Notes under the pieces: generated by a model | What the model saw: only the letters and a program-made list of their open reading frames with translations | What the model was told of the DNA's origin: nothing | Database searches by the model: none | From: a virus | Length of the DNA stretch: 40,776 nt | Strand: one strand, 5' to 3' | Virus genome (UHGV): UHGV-0210060 | Shown here: in pieces, positions 26,673 to 38,255 of the stretch | How positions within the stretch are numbered: position 1 is the first letter of the stretch | How the letters are laid out: every line of letters starts with the position of its first letter | Position numbers and translations under genes: made by a program

Positions 26673-27332
26673 TTAAAAAAGTGAACCAAGAAGACCGACG
26701 CCAGCACCAATTGCTGTACCCCAACCAGGCATGATTGCAGTACCTGCAGCTGCACCTGCTGCCGCTCCACCCAAGGCGCTCTGAAATCCTGATGGTTTAT
26801 TCGCATTAGCCGCAGATGCTGCCGCCTGCTGTTGATACAATTGGCTGACGTTGTTGGCATAGTTCTGCCCGGCGTTTGCCTGACCTGTAAGAGCGCCAAG
26901 GCCGATATTTGCCAGATTGTTGTAGTTGTTCATCTGACCTGACAGCCAGTTTTGACCGAGTGTAGGTGCGATTGCTGCTAACTGGTTTCCTGTTGCTGTA
27001 GAGCCTAATCCACCCGTTGCCTCTGCTGCTGCCAGACTCTGGTAACGCGCCTGCCCTGCAAGGTCTTTGTACTGCTGGGAGTTGTAATACTGGTTAAGCG
27101 CCTGACCTTGCCCCTGAAGAGAGGAAAGATTCTGCAACTGTGATACGTACTGCTGAGCGAGTGGCGTGAACGGTGCAAGGTTTTGCATGTTCGTCTGCCA
27201 CATTTCACGCTGCAATTCGATGCCCTTTTCAGTCGCGCGTGCCTGGGCTTTAGAACCGGAGTCGCTGCCGCCTTTCATATACCCATTCATGGGAAGCAAT
27301 TTATTCTTGAAGCTTTCGCTAAGTACTAACAT
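26673..27332 (-). CDS. ejection protein, P22 gp7-like
   Basis: 219 aa, Gln/Ala/Gly-rich; position and size match P22 gp7. Confidence 0.6.
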   Translation of the reverse strand: MLVLSESFKNKLLPMNGYMKGGSDSGSKAQARATEKGIELQREMWQTNMQNLAPFTPLAQQYVSQLQNLSSLQGQGQALNQYYNSQQYKDLAGQARYQSLAAAEATGGLGSTATGNQLAAIAPTLGQNWLSGQMNNYNNLANIGLGALTGQANAGQNYANNVSQLYQQQAAASAANANKPSGFQSALGGAAAGAAAGTAIMPGWGTAIGAGVGLLGSLF

Positions 27333-27789
27333 TTATTAGCTCCTCATATTTCGAACGAGGTAATTGATAGAGGGTGATTCCTACCGGTTTTCCGTTACTC
27401 ATGTACGCATCATCAAGGTGACCAACACGGGTAGCGCCAAGCAAACGGATAATTGCCCGTCCGTATTTCGTGGTGTCAGGAACCATGGTAATGCTGTTAA
27501 GGAATGGTGAGTTTTCGAGAAGCCATTTGCAGAATAATCGATGCCCTTGCAGTGCATATTCACCACGGAATCCGGGGTCGTACACCGCATGGCATTCAAC
27601 AACGCTATGCCAGAAGTTACGCACTTCATGAACGCCAGCCAGCACTAATCCTTCGTAGATGCCGAGGTATACCGCATCAGGCTTGATGTAGTATTTATCT
27701 CCACTGTCTACGATATTTCCCGTGTTTGCCGGGTTGTTAAGGAATTCTGCAAGCTTCACCGGGTTATCGATGAGCTTTATTTCCATCAC
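27319..27789 (-). CDS. P22 gp14-like virion protein
   Basis: 156 aa; sits between tail needle and gp7-like gene as in P22. Confidence 0.5.
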   Translation of the reverse strand: MMEIKLIDNPVKLAEFLNNPANTGNIVDSGDKYYIKPDAVYLGIYEGLVLAGVHEVRNFWHSVVECHAVYDPGFRGEYALQGHRLFCKWLLENSPFLNSITMVPDTTKYGRAIIRLLGATRVGHLDDAYMSNGKPVGITLYQLPRSKYEELINVST

Positions 27790-28634
27790 TGCTCCGCAAT
27801 GATTTTGATGGTTGTGGCAGTAAACGCCGCACCATTCGACTGAATGGTTAACGTGCTGCCATTTGTGGCAAGAAAGCCGTCTTTATCCACGCTGAAGAAC
27901 GTAGCTAACAGGATGTTGTCGGTTGTTGTCGCCGAGTTGCGACTGCTTACCAGTGTGTCAGGAACAGAGCCGGAAAAGGTTAGCTGCATTGACCTGTTGG
28001 CTGTTCCGCTGGGCCACGTCCCGACGATCGACAGCTTGAAGAACAAGGTTTTGTTCTCGTTGAACACAACCATCTTGTTATTAACGGTGTCGAAGAATGG
28101 TGCCAACGTCCCGGATGACGGCGTGAGCGTTTTCAGCAGGCTAACAAGGTTGGTCGGCGCTGTCGGGATGGTTACAGATACGCCAGAGTAAACAACCTCT
28201 GACTTCTTGCGAGTAGTGGCATACTCCAGAGCATCGATGCGCGTTTCATGGTCTGAAACCTGCGATTCCAGCGACTGAACTCTGGTATCAAGCGACGCAA
28301 TATCGCTTTCATTCTGAGCTATTCGTGTTTCATGTTCCTGAAGAGTTGATTCTGCCTGGCTGATTCGCTCCTCATGATTAACAAGCGTTGCTTCCGCAGC
28401 AGAAATTCGCTGCTCATGGTCAGCGAGAATCACATCCTGCTCATCGTTCCTGACTTGTGCGTCATAAGCGCCCTGCCCTGCTTCGTTGGCCTTGTTAGCC
28501 ACGTTACCAACATCAGTGCCCTGTGCGATAACGTAAAGCAGATACGACTGCGAGAAGATATTGCGTGGAAGGACTGATGTGTCGAGCCGTGTAGCCCGAA
28601 TGATTACCGGCACATTGAGATTCGAATCCGCCAT
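27786..28634 (-). CDS. tail needle (P22 gp26 / Sf6 gp9 type, with C-terminal knob)
   Basis: N-terminus [67 protein letters not shown] close to P22 gp26; heptad coiled coil; 282 aa as in Sf6. Confidence 0.85.
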   Translation of the reverse strand: MADSNLNVPVIIRATRLDTSVLPRNIFSQSYLLYVIAQGTDVGNVANKANEAGQGAYDAQVRNDEQDVILADHEQRISAAEATLVNHEERISQAESTLQEHETRIAQNESDIASLDTRVQSLESQVSDHETRIDALEYATTRKKSEVVYSGVSVTIPTAPTNLVSLLKTLTPSSGTLAPFFDTVNNKMVVFNENKTLFFKLSIVGTWPSGTANRSMQLTFSGSVPDTLVSSRNSATTTDNILLATFFSVDKDGFLATNGSTLTIQSNGAAFTATTIKIIAEQ

Positions 28635-30052
28635 TACTCAATCCTTATCTGAGCGCCAGACAGAGTGACAGGTGACTTCGTGATAACGCGCAATTTGAAG
28701 CCGACATTTTTCCTGATGCGCCCGACTCGCTTCCACAAAACACGTTTGTCGTAAACGAACGGTTCATTCTGTTCAATCATCTGCTCACGTCCGTAATTTA
28801 TGCCGTCAGTGGTTGCAGAGAGAAAAAGGCGGTCGGCGTACTGCGCAACGCCAGTTGACGATTCAACCTCAAAATCAAACACCCTGGCGTTATCCGCTTT
28901 GAACAACGGAGTAAACAGCAGGTGTTCCTGTTGCTTGTCGTACTGGCTGCTGATGTCGAATTGCAATTTCCCGGTCACGGACTCCAGCTTATCGCCGCAC
29001 GTTATCTGATTGCCTTCGTAAATGAAGTCGATAGCGCGGTACACATCGTCATACAAGCCAGTTTTCAACACACACCATTGCGGACCATTGGCGCTTGAAG
29101 ATGCGTCGTAAACAAGAACATGGCGCGGAAGGTGGATAATCAGCAACTCATGCGCATCAAACCGCAGCGATTCCATCACGCCATCAGCCAGTTCATCAGC
29201 AGTGTAGGAGCGGAGGATTTTCTCAATGCTCGCGCTGGCGATTGGTGATACCTGACCGGAGCCGATGATATACACAGACGGCGCACCTGTTGCCGGATTG
29301 CTGATGAACGCATACGAATCAGAAAACTGCGTTTTGCAGTAGGTTCCGGCGATTCCTTTTTGCACCATCAACGATGGCTGGGCGACATACAAAGCGGCAC
29401 CAACGGTGGTTGCACCAGTCAGGGAGAAATATTCAATCGTCGATGAACCAAAGCAGACGATGAAGTCTCGCCATGTACCTATGCCGATGATGCCGTCCGG
29501 CTGCGACTCTGCGCGATATTGTGCGCTGTATCGGTCAGGGTGCGATTCATCTTCAAGGTCAGTGATAAACCATGAATCAGTGCCGTCTTTTGACCACGCA
29601 TAACGCCCACGTAAACGAGTAATGTCACGAACCGACCCTAACTCATACTGCGTGAATCCGCTGTCTGTAGGCCAGTTTGAGACTGTTTTAACCGTACCAT
29701 CATAGCGATACTCGACCAGTTGACCATTAACGCCTACAGCCTGAGATGTCCGACCATGAGCCATTGATACACGACCACTTCCGGAAACATCACCGACTTC
29801 GCTTTCGCCTTTGTACAGCTTGCCACCACACACGCGATATACAGCGTTCTGCGCCATGTTGTACTCGACGCCGCGCGATACGCCGTTCACATCAGAACGT
29901 TTGGCAATGCCCGGGAATGAGCGAAGATATCCGCTGCTGTTCAGGATTTCTTTGGGTGTAGCCAGCATATTCACTGGCAGATAGTCGATATAGTCGGCGT
30001 TTCGGAAGTCTTTGCCGACGCCTTTCATGAGCGGAAGTTGCTGAATCGGCAT
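28634..30052 (-). CDS. tail hub protein, P22 gp10-like
   Basis: 472 aa, same length and position as P22 gp10. Confidence 0.7.
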   Translation of the reverse strand: MPIQQLPLMKGVGKDFRNADYIDYLPVNMLATPKEILNSSGYLRSFPGIAKRSDVNGVSRGVEYNMAQNAVYRVCGGKLYKGESEVGDVSGSGRVSMAHGRTSQAVGVNGQLVEYRYDGTVKTVSNWPTDSGFTQYELGSVRDITRLRGRYAWSKDGTDSWFITDLEDESHPDRYSAQYRAESQPDGIIGIGTWRDFIVCFGSSTIEYFSLTGATTVGAALYVAQPSLMVQKGIAGTYCKTQFSDSYAFISNPATGAPSVYIIGSGQVSPIASASIEKILRSYTADELADGVMESLRFDAHELLIIHLPRHVLVYDASSSANGPQWCVLKTGLYDDVYRAIDFIYEGNQITCGDKLESVTGKLQFDISSQYDKQQEHLLFTPLFKADNARVFDFEVESSTGVAQYADRLFLSATTDGINYGREQMIEQNEPFVYDKRVLWKRVGRIRKNVGFKLRVITKSPVTLSGAQIRIE

Positions 30053-30061
30053 TTATTCACC

Positions 30062-30523
30062 TCACGTACTCGGATCATCTTTCTCGATGTAAAACCGATT
30101 CCACGTAAACGCGCTTTTGTTACCACTACCGCGAGGCATGTCATTTCGCCGCTCAAGTGGTGGTATTTTGGTTAAAGCGATACAGATTGTTTGATATGCA
30201 CTGTCAGCAGCGGTAAGGAGAGCGTCTGACGGCTGAATGACGTTATCCATGCACACTTGCACAGCGAGTTTCAAAGCGACGCCATCATTTGCCCATGCAG
30301 GGATGCCTGAATCATCGTCAGGTAACGGCATGATGCCGTTTTCTGTATCAGCAAACTGATACCCAAGCTCGATACCTTTCGCCTGCCATGCTGCCATCAT
30401 GTCTTCGAGGTCATTAATGGCATCTTCAATTGCCTGAGGGTCAGCATCTGTCAACGTGGCATTGGAATACAGCCCGGCTTTTCGTAAAGCCTTTAGAACG
30501 AGATCACCCTTCGTTTTCGCCAT
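30062..30523 (-). CDS. tail adaptor, P22 gp4-like
   Basis: 153 aa; follows the coat region as gp4 does in P22/Sf6. Confidence 0.65.
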   Translation of the reverse strand: MAKTKGDLVLKALRKAGLYSNATLTDADPQAIEDAINDLEDMMAAWQAKGIELGYQFADTENGIMPLPDDDSGIPAWANDGVALKLAVQVCMDNVIQPSDALLTAADSAYQTICIALTKIPPLERRNDMPRGSGNKSAFTWNRFYIEKDDPST

Positions 30524-30692
30524 CTTCTTCCGCCTTAGCCACTTTTTGCTTCGTTGCGGTTTCTTCAGGAGTTTTTACCCAACCTTTTTTCAGGTGAGAT
30601 TTAACTTCTTCGTCATCAACAATGATGTAATCGACAGCAAACTGACCACAGGTGATCATGTTGCCAGGCTTATAGAGCATTGTTCGTGCCAT
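30504..30692 (-). CDS. small hypothetical protein between coat and gp4-like genes
   Basis: 62 aa from internal Met (MARTMLYKPGNMITCGQFAVDYIIVDDEE...); co-oriented. Confidence 0.45.
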   Translation of the reverse strand: MARTMLYKPGNMITCGQFAVDYIIVDDEEVKSHLKKGWVKTPEETATKQKVAKAEEDGENEG

Positions 30693-30733
30693 TGTCTTCT
30701 CCCAATAAAAATGGGGCCGAAGCCCCACCAAAA

Positions 30734-31987
30734 TTACTGCCCGGCAATAACGATGCCCGTATATTCAGGAACAAGTACAGAGCAACCGTACAGAGTGGTG
30801 AAACGAGCAGTGGTTACACCTTTGATGTGGTCGAAGGCGTAAGACATGATCAGCGTAGCGCCCTGCTCGGTGGTTGCTGTCATTACCTGTGGACCCTGAC
30901 CAGTCGGGAACGCCAGTTTGCCGTACATCAGCTCAACAGAACCATCAGCCCAGAACAGGTTAGCCGGTGCGGCATTTTTATTGAGAATGGTGATTGCTGC
31001 ACCATTTGCCGCGTTAGCATCAACGTTTGCATATGGACGGCTGGCGACATCTGCGTTGTCAGGCGGCAGAATTTTCGGGGAGATAGTCACTGTCGTTCCG
31101 CTTACTGCCAGAACGCGGAATACCTGCGGCTGCCCGGTGGTGTCTTTGGTGATCTGGTGTACAGAATTCACACCGGCAATGGTGAACGCATCACCAACCT
31201 GCAAGCCAGATGCAGATACCGTAATAGTCCCCTGTCGGTTATCAACTGGCATACCATTTGAATCTTTCGCTTCAACCTTGTGTTCAGGTTGGCCTGATAC
31301 TGTCAAGGATTCAGCGCTTCCTTTCGGTAATCGACCAGAAATATCGGTCTTGTAGCTATCAAAGGAAGCAACCGGAGGGATCTGCGCTTTTTCGTATGCT
31401 GTCAGGGTTGCGCCCTGAGCGTAGGCACGGTGACCAAGCTCGCCAGCAAGGTCTTTGTAGTTGAAGGGGTTCCAGAAAGAGCGACGGTTGATACCCTGCG
31501 GTACACCAATCGCCGTCATGGTGGCATCAATACCTGCCGCACAGTTCCACAAATCACGGCCCTGTGAACCTGTGGTTGAGTCAGCCATCGTGATCACGTT
31601 AGTAGCACGCTGCGTGACCATGGAAATCAGGTCAGAGTCAATCTGTGCAGCAAGGCGCATACCTGCGGCTCGACCAGCTTCAGTTTTATGTTCCGGGTCA
31701 CGCATTTCACGCGCATCCAGAGTGTACAGAATGTTTTTCGGCTCCTTGAACACAGAAGGAACAAGGCGCTGAACCAGTGCTGTAGGCGTTTTGCCGCTGA
31801 GATCGAGGCCTTCTTCAATGTTCATGTGGTAATGCTGCGGACGATACAGAACATCACCTGCTCGCTGCATTGCGGTATCACCGGGACGGAATTTTTTAGC
31901 GTTACGGGAAACTACGCAGGCGGCCTCAAAGCCTTCAACGTAGTTTTCGAACATGATTTCAAGGTCTTTTGCTAATTGGTTAGCCAT
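30734..31987 (-). CDS. major capsid (coat) protein, P22/Sf6 type
   Basis: 417 aa between scaffold and gp4-like genes; NLFWADGSVELM segment parallels P22 coat NVFWADDAIRIV. Confidence 0.8.
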   Translation of the reverse strand: MANQLAKDLEIMFENYVEGFEAACVVSRNAKKFRPGDTAMQRAGDVLYRPQHYHMNIEEGLDLSGKTPTALVQRLVPSVFKEPKNILYTLDAREMRDPEHKTEAGRAAGMRLAAQIDSDLISMVTQRATNVITMADSTTGSQGRDLWNCAAGIDATMTAIGVPQGINRRSFWNPFNYKDLAGELGHRAYAQGATLTAYEKAQIPPVASFDSYKTDISGRLPKGSAESLTVSGQPEHKVEAKDSNGMPVDNRQGTITVSASGLQVGDAFTIAGVNSVHQITKDTTGQPQVFRVLAVSGTTVTISPKILPPDNADVASRPYANVDANAANGAAITILNKNAAPANLFWADGSVELMYGKLAFPTGQGPQVMTATTEQGATLIMSYAFDHIKGVTTARFTTLYGCSVLVPEYTGIVIAGQ

Positions 31988-32005
31988 GCTTAATGCTCCG
32001 ATAGG

Positions 32006-32899
32006 TTATTTTTTTGCCTTTTTAGCGGCGAAATACGGCGTCCAGTCACCAGTTTCCAGCGCCTTGGCTTTCAATTTGTCGAGGTTGTTGATTACTGCGC
32101 CGTTGCTCCCCTTAACTGTCGGGGTTGTGGCTGCCGTTGTTTTTGCTTTTGGCATGATTCTGGCCTTCGATTCGATACGTTCCAGCAGACGACCAATTGC
32201 TACGGGGTTGGTAGCTTCTGCCAGTTGCTTGCGCAGTTCAGCGTTGCGACCGAGTGCCAGAACAACGATTTCCGGCTTCTCTGACTCAAACAAGATCGCG
32301 TTTTGTGTCTCGATGGGGATTTCCTCGAGTACGGCCTGCTCAGCTTCCTGATAGCCAGGAACTTTGAGAGCCTTAACACGTTGCTGATATTTGGATAATC
32401 GCTCTTGATAGGCAGCCTGAAGCTCCTGCTCCTTCTGCTTGCGAGCCATCTCCTGTTGCTGGTACTTGCCGTTATCCTCTGCCCACTTAGCCATGCGTTG
32501 CTGGTAGATTTCTTCATCGAAACCGATGTCCTCATCATCCAGTTTTGGCATTCGCGGTGGTTGAGTGATTACCGGCTGCTGCTCGACGGGTTTCTGGGAC
32601 TGACGCATCAGCTCTTTCAGCTCACGGTCTTTCTCTTTAATCGTCTTGCGCAGGTGTTTTACCAGTCCATGCTCTGCGCCATCTTCGCTGGTTGGCGAAT
32701 CCAGCTTTTCGTCACCAAAGTAGAATTCCTGTTCTGATTCGTCGTCATCAGTTTCAGTAGCTTCCTCTGCATCATTGCCGGAGGACTCACTGCCATCTTC
32801 TGTTTCTACTTCTTCAGCCAGTTCGACATCATCAGGAATCTGCTCTGACGCGTCGGTTTCGATTTCAACTTCTGGTGTGTTTTCTGCCATCTGGTCCAT
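32006..32899 (-). CDS. scaffolding protein
   Basis: 297 aa, highly charged and helical, acidic N-terminus, C-terminal basic helix; between portal and coat. Confidence 0.75.
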   Translation of the reverse strand: MDQMAENTPEVEIETDASEQIPDDVELAEEVETEDGSESSGNDAEEATETDDDESEQEFYFGDEKLDSPTSEDGAEHGLVKHLRKTIKEKDRELKELMRQSQKPVEQQPVITQPPRMPKLDDEDIGFDEEIYQQRMAKWAEDNGKYQQQEMARKQKEQELQAAYQERLSKYQQRVKALKVPGYQEAEQAVLEEIPIETQNAILFESEKPEIVVLALGRNAELRKQLAEATNPVAIGRLLERIESKARIMPKAKTTAATTPTVKGSNGAVINNLDKLKAKALETGDWTPYFAAKKAKK

Positions 32900-32989
32900 T
32901 TGTTACCCCTGTTTACTCGATGTTCAGCCCATCGGAAGGCGATAGGGTGCCAGGCCTCATAAAGACAGCCATTGCACGTTATGGGTTAA

Positions 32990-35188
32990 TTACTGCTGTG
33001 ATTGTTGCTGAGTTGATTTTTTCAGGATGCTGCTGATGTCCATGCGCTGCGCATGGCCCTGTGCCTGACTTTTCAGGACAAGCTCTGCATCAGCACGGGC
33101 ATTGTCTCCTTGCTGTTGCTGGAACTGCCCGAGCAGTTTCAGAGCCTCACGGATATCAGATTTTTGCTGACTATCGGCAGATGCGAGTATTTTCACAACA
33201 TTTGCCGCTGCAACCTGAGCATCAGTCTGTGCCTGGAATGCTTTAACCTGAATGGCTGCCTGTTCGTTCTGCGCTTTCTGCAATTCAGCCTGACCTGCAA
33301 GAAGCTGACCTTGCGCTGCAACCATAGCCGGATCTGGCTGACTGGCCTGTTGTTGTTTCGCCTGTTCAACCATCTGCTGTTCTTCAGGCGTTCTCGGCTT
33401 GATAACGCCAGACAGAAGCAACTGATTGCGGTTGTATTCTTTCAGGTCGTCCATCCCTTCGCCGTCCATATTGTCGAGAATCATCGACGATACAAGGTCG
33501 TGCTTCGGCGTTCCTGGTGGGATAAGTGCCAGCATGGAAAGTAACGACTTAACCGTTGCGTCACGGCGAGTAGCGAACGACTGACCGACATCGACAGTCA
33601 CTTCATAGTTACCCTGCGAAAGGTCGTTAAGTGCGATAACCTGCCCTGTCTGACGGTCAACCACTTCACCAGTCATCAGCGCCACGTCATCGCTGCCGTC
33701 CTCATTAACGATGCGCATTGGCGTATCGCTGCCATAGATTTCACGCGCCATAGAAAGCCACACGACGCCAGCACGGCGCATGGATTTAGCCATGTTGTCC
33801 ATGTAGATATAGGACTGCGTGTCCATCCTGTTAAAGATGCTATCAACGGTATCGGTGGCGACGTTGCTCGGCATGTTCTCAAGCTGCGACGCACCTGTAA
33901 TTTGCTGAATAGCTGTTCCGGTGTACTGCAATAGCCCGGCAAGAGCAGGAGGCATTTGTGTCGGAGGTGTATAACTGCTGACCTGAGCCTGCGCAGTAAT
34001 ATCTCCGTTTTTGTTTTTCAGACTTACCATCGGCAGAAACGCCGGGCGCTTTTTGTTGCGCTCCGCCCAATGAGTGGCAAGAGGACCAGGAATCATGTCA
34101 ACATCAACTACAGGAATGCCATCTCCGCCAGCCTGAGTGGCGTTATCTGCAATCATGGAAACCATCAGGTTCTCAAGACGCTGTGCATCCATCGCTTTTG
34201 CTGCGTGGCCTTCGATTCGCTCCTGATTATCAACAAATGAGCGACGCCCATATACCGGGATGAGAGGAATATGTTCACCCGGAATACGCTTCGGTTCTTC
34301 CAGCCATTCAGCGCCAGACAGAAGACCGCAATAAACGCGGCGCTTCTTCACCGTTCGCTCGCCAATCAGTTCGAATGCACCATCGGTCAGTTCGTCGACA
34401 ATACCTTTGATTTGCTCTTCATCATAGATTGCCGTTTCTCCGCTAACAGGGTTGCGCCACGCCGTGAGCTTCACCTTCTCTATGCGAACTTCGTAGTAAC
34501 GTCCAACATAGATGGCGTCAGGCGTTGACCAGTCATACTGAGTACCAGTGTCATCACGAGAAAGACTTGCCGCGATGGAATCAGGGTATTCAGCCTCGAA
34601 CGCTTTAGGCGTCATGGAGAACATTTCCATAGCCCACATAGCATCAGAGCGGTCATATTGCTTGCTGTCCTGATCGAAGAAAACGCATGTCGCTGGGTCG
34701 TAAACAGGAAGAAGGCTGATGCGTCGCTGCTCGTTACTTGGGTCCATTTCATCTTCGTAATCGGCACACATGCGGAAACAACCGAATCCGCCCGTTACAG
34801 CATCATCAAATGCGTTATCACACGCTTCGCCACCGGATGTTTCCTGATAGTCAGCGCGGAATTTGCCGTTCATCTTTTCAGCTAACGCTTCCGATGCCTT
34901 GTCATCCTTCGGCCTGAATTTAACGCTGATGCGATTCTGTCGATACTCGCCAATGATGCGATCACATTCACGGGCAATCTTATTCAATTCAAAACGCGGA
35001 TAATGCTCGAACCTGCCTTCATCAAATGAGTAACCAGCGTTTGTGCTGCCTTCCCACTGTGCTCCGGACACCCGGACGAAACGTTGAGCCTCAATAATCT
35101 GCTCACGCATATCCTGCGTTGCTGACCAGGCATTATCAAAGTTGCACAGCACCTTGCGATGCCAGTCAGTAATCTTTTTTTCTGCCAT
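32990..35188 (-). CDS. portal protein (P22 gp1 type with C-terminal helical barrel)
   Basis: 732 aa; Gln-rich C-terminus (EEQQMVEQAKQQQASQPDPAMVAAQGQLLAGQAELQKAQN...) parallels P22 gp1; follows the large terminase. Confidence 0.85.
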   Translation of the reverse strand: MAEKKITDWHRKVLCNFDNAWSATQDMREQIIEAQRFVRVSGAQWEGSTNAGYSFDEGRFEHYPRFELNKIARECDRIIGEYRQNRISVKFRPKDDKASEALAEKMNGKFRADYQETSGGEACDNAFDDAVTGGFGCFRMCADYEDEMDPSNEQRRISLLPVYDPATCVFFDQDSKQYDRSDAMWAMEMFSMTPKAFEAEYPDSIAASLSRDDTGTQYDWSTPDAIYVGRYYEVRIEKVKLTAWRNPVSGETAIYDEEQIKGIVDELTDGAFELIGERTVKKRRVYCGLLSGAEWLEEPKRIPGEHIPLIPVYGRRSFVDNQERIEGHAAKAMDAQRLENLMVSMIADNATQAGGDGIPVVDVDMIPGPLATHWAERNKKRPAFLPMVSLKNKNGDITAQAQVSSYTPPTQMPPALAGLLQYTGTAIQQITGASQLENMPSNVATDTVDSIFNRMDTQSYIYMDNMAKSMRRAGVVWLSMAREIYGSDTPMRIVNEDGSDDVALMTGEVVDRQTGQVIALNDLSQGNYEVTVDVGQSFATRRDATVKSLLSMLALIPPGTPKHDLVSSMILDNMDGEGMDDLKEYNRNQLLLSGVIKPRTPEEQQMVEQAKQQQASQPDPAMVAAQGQLLAGQAELQKAQNEQAAIQVKAFQAQTDAQVAAANVVKILASADSQQKSDIREALKLLGQFQQQQGDNARADAELVLKSQAQGHAQRMDISSILKKSTQQQSQQ

Positions 35189-35189
35189 A

Positions 35190-36605
35190 TCAACCTACAC
35201 CACAAGGAATTGAGTAACTGGAATAGTCGGGTTGCGCAGCCGACTCTGGGCAATGCATACACATCATCAGCGCATCAGCCAGGTTAGGAGATGGAATACC
35301 GAGCTTCTGCTTCATTTCGACCTTAGTCATAAGCTCCAGCTTCCCGTTGTTATTGAATTTGCGCTGAATCTGCGTCAGTTCTGCAAACAGCTTCTCCAGC
35401 ATCTTCTCGCCTATCGCCTCTTTGTCGAAACTCAGCATGTAGTCGGGGTCTGCATACTCACCGTGGACAACCGCCCGATATGTCAGATACAGCCTGTCAG
35501 CCAGCGCATAATAGAATTGCGCTCGCTTATTGCGGAACACATCGCCAATAGTGCGAACGTTGTCACCCTGTACGACTTCATCAGCCCATGCTCCGGCCTG
35601 GTAAGGCGCATCTTCATCGAATGGCGATTCGCTACCCTTGAACATCGTGGCGGTGATTTTCTTGCCGGAGAACGCTTCCGTTGTCTGTCTGCGTAGCCCG
35701 GCACCAACACCATCACCATCCCACAGGTAATGGTCAGCGCCGTCTTCAATCGCCAGCGAAGTAGCCCAGTCAGCACCCTCGTTGATGTCCATCAGTAGAC
35801 CTTCGGCAATGCGCTTAACAACCGAACCGTGACGCGATGCGTAACCTTTAGCATCTGGCCCTGTATCTGATGGGTCATGCGCAGAGACAACCGCACCTTT
35901 CGCTTTCCATCCGAGTTTCTTGTGCGCATCGGTAGCAGCTTCAAGCCATTCACGTTTGATGATTGCCATATCACTTGCGCTTACCGGCTCACCAAGCCAG
36001 ATGTGACGATACAGCGTCGGATTTCTGCGTTTGCACTCTTCCATCTCCAGACGGAGGACTTCAGGAAAGTGCGGGTTGTCGGTGTAGTTCACCGTCAGCA
36101 GACAAATATCATCAGGAGGGTTTACGACGAATCGCTGATAGGTATCGTCGAGGATGTTTTTCGGGTTGAAACTTACCCATATTTCAGAGAACGGCTTACG
36201 GATGGTCGGTATCAGAATATCCCATGATTCCTTCGTTACCGCTTCCGCTTCCTCCACCCAGCAGATATCAATGCCTTCGAGAGATTTAATCTTCGTCGGG
36301 TTGTTTTTGATGCCATAGAACATGAATTCAGCATTCGTTCCGAGATGACGAATCATGGAACGCTGAATTTCAAACTCAGCCGAATACCCTTCCCGCTCGA
36401 TGGTGTCTTCAAGCAACCGGATTACCGAATCGCTGATACTGTTTTGCAGTTCACGAGCACAGAGAATACGCACAGGCTGCCGACGAGCCGCTTCAACAAG
36501 CAGCCTCGCAATTGCCCATGATTTACCGCTACCTCGACCGCCTTTGGCGACTTTGTAGCGATGCGCCTCAATGAACGGTTCAAAGATAGGATTAATCGAG
36601 GTCAT
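35190..36605 (-). CDS. terminase large subunit
   Basis: 471 aa; Walker A KGGRGSGKS near the N-terminus; size as Sf6 TerL. Confidence 0.85.
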   Translation of the reverse strand: MTSINPIFEPFIEAHRYKVAKGGRGSGKSWAIARLLVEAARRQPVRILCARELQNSISDSVIRLLEDTIEREGYSAEFEIQRSMIRHLGTNAEFMFYGIKNNPTKIKSLEGIDICWVEEAEAVTKESWDILIPTIRKPFSEIWVSFNPKNILDDTYQRFVVNPPDDICLLTVNYTDNPHFPEVLRLEMEECKRRNPTLYRHIWLGEPVSASDMAIIKREWLEAATDAHKKLGWKAKGAVVSAHDPSDTGPDAKGYASRHGSVVKRIAEGLLMDINEGADWATSLAIEDGADHYLWDGDGVGAGLRRQTTEAFSGKKITATMFKGSESPFDEDAPYQAGAWADEVVQGDNVRTIGDVFRNKRAQFYYALADRLYLTYRAVVHGEYADPDYMLSFDKEAIGEKMLEKLFAELTQIQRKFNNNGKLELMTKVEMKQKLGIPSPNLADALMMCMHCPESAAQPDYSSYSIPCGVG

Positions 36606-37042
36606 TTTCCGAATAGAGTGCTCATCGGTGATGTTTCAATCTGGATTGCGCCGCCGTCTTTGCCTGTTAGCTCGTGATCAACCTTGTCGCGCCATTTATC
36701 CTTCTGTCGATTCTTAAGCCAGAAGATGGCAGCGGTTGTATCAGGCGGGTAATACTTCTCAAGCGGAGTTTCGACAATTCTGTTTTCAATAACACGAATA
36801 TCGATGTCTGGAGCCACGAAGCCCATAGCGCGTTGATAAAGACGATCACTAACTTCTGCATCAGCGACGGCCTTACCCTTTTTTATGGACTCCGAAAACT
36901 TAGGATAATCAAGCTTCCACTTGTTAATAGTTGACTCACTGACTTCAAAGAAATCAGCAAGTTCTGCATCGGTGTAGCCCAGCAAGCACAGTTTGCGTGC
37001 CTGTTCGGCATACGCCTCTTGATACTTTGTTGGGCGCGCCAT
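36602..37042 (-). CDS. terminase small subunit (Sf6 type)
   Basis: 146 aa; C-terminus LTGKDGGAIQIETSPMSTLFGK matches the Sf6 small-terminase C-terminus as recalled; overlaps terL start. Confidence 0.75.
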   Translation of the reverse strand: MARPTKYQEAYAEQARKLCLLGYTDAELADFFEVSESTINKWKLDYPKFSESIKKGKAVADAEVSDRLYQRAMGFVAPDIDIRVIENRIVETPLEKYYPPDTTAAIFWLKNRQKDKWRDKVDHELTGKDGGAIQIETSPMSTLFGK

Positions 37043-37044
37043 GT

Positions 37045-37287
37045 TTATGCTCCGGTAGTGAACAGGTCTAACGCTTCCTTCGATTTACGTACCGCTTCGA
37101 TAGTGCGGGTCGTGATATCTGAATTAGCGCCGCCTGACTGGAAGTGAATTTTGAATAGCTCAAGCTTCAGCTCGTCAGTGCCAATGAATTGAAATGCTTC
37201 TTCTGCGGCTGCGTTCTGGTTCATGACCAGTTTGTAAATCTCTAACTGGAATTTCTGTTCTTCAGTCATGGGAATAATCTCTGCCAT
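37045..37287 (-). CDS. hypothetical protein (80 aa) upstream of terS
   Basis: Co-oriented ORF ending 3 nt before terS; no motif recognised. Confidence 0.5.
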   Translation of the reverse strand: MAEIIPMTEEQKFQLEIYKLVMNQNAAAEEAFQFIGTDELKLELFKIHFQSGGANSDITTRTIEAVRKSKEALDLFTTGA

Positions 37288-37586
37288 TGTTGGCTCCGTT
37301 TATCCGTTAAAAGGGATATCAGTTAAGTTATCCCGTGTAGGGTATAAGCCATTGTCGAGACCATTCATTGAATGGCCTCTGCAATAACCGATGTCTTTCC
37401 ATCAGTCCGCCACCACAAAGAATCTTTTTTGCCATAAGGCAGGAGGTTCATCTTTCAGTGGCTGCCAGTGTTATTTCCCCACTTACTGGCTTGGGTTGTT
37501 TCGCTGTACTGCCGTAACTGGTGACCTAGAATAAATTCCGGTTTCATTATCAAGCCCACCCGTAGATGGGCTTTGTGATGGCATCT

Positions 37587-38111
37587 TCAATTAATCAGCA
37601 ATTCGGGCTGCGTCACCTGCAAGATGTATTCATGCTCGACAGCCAGGACACGCTTCTCTTTCTTCCGTTCGTTCATTAACCGACTGCCGATCGTACCTTT
37701 CAGCTTTGAGCGTGTTTCTTTGATGGCGTAGCGGTGCTGCATTTCTTCGCCAATTGCCATGCGGCGGCTCAGTTGCTCTGCCATCCAGTTGAATGCCGCG
37801 ATATAGCTCTCCTTGATTGCCGCAGCAGCTTTCCCGGTGAACCCCATCACAACCATGATCCAGCCATCTTTCGTCAGGCTGTACATCGGGCGAACCTTGC
37901 CCTGCTCATCGATATAATCAGCCGACGCAAAATTGCGTTGGCTAAACTCACACGAGCAATCAGCCTTAACCTGCTCGATTTTCCTGAGAACATCACCGTG
38001 TCGCTTGCCGAAGTACTTGGCAATTTTTCTGGATGTGGTAACGACCTCTCCGTTTTTGGCTTGCACCATTTCTCGGAAGTCGAAGGCTGGAATAACTGAA
38101 TGATTATTCAT
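37587..38111 (-). CDS. rha: Rha-family phage regulatory protein
   Basis: From internal Met (MNNHSV...): VVTTSRKIAKYFGKRHGDVLRKIE is typical of the Rha N-terminal domain; between lysis and packaging genes as in P22. Confidence 0.7.
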   Translation of the reverse strand: MNNHSVIPAFDFREMVQAKNGEVVTTSRKIAKYFGKRHGDVLRKIEQVKADCSCEFSQRNFASADYIDEQGKVRPMYSLTKDGWIMVVMGFTGKAAAAIKESYIAAFNWMAEQLSRRMAIGEEMQHRYAIKETRSKLKGTIGSRLMNERKKEKRVLAVEHEYILQVTQPELLIN

Positions 38112-38255
38112 GGCGTCTTTACCTTTTAGAAAGTGAGCCTGTCTCACAGAAAAGCCGCCCGAGAGAGGTCGCCACCTATAACGGCATTTCTCAGGCTCGC
38201 TTACTGAAAGGCTCTCGTTTATATGCGCGTGAGATACGCTGTGAAATTCAGATAT

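Noticed and set aside
24275-37000. Plus-strand ORFs of 60-190 aa throughout the virion gene block (for example 30680..31261, 31953..32351, 33053..33544, 35232..35696)
   Set aside because: All antisense to long minus-strand structural genes in conserved P22/Sf6 order; low-complexity translations; none has an RBS-like start.
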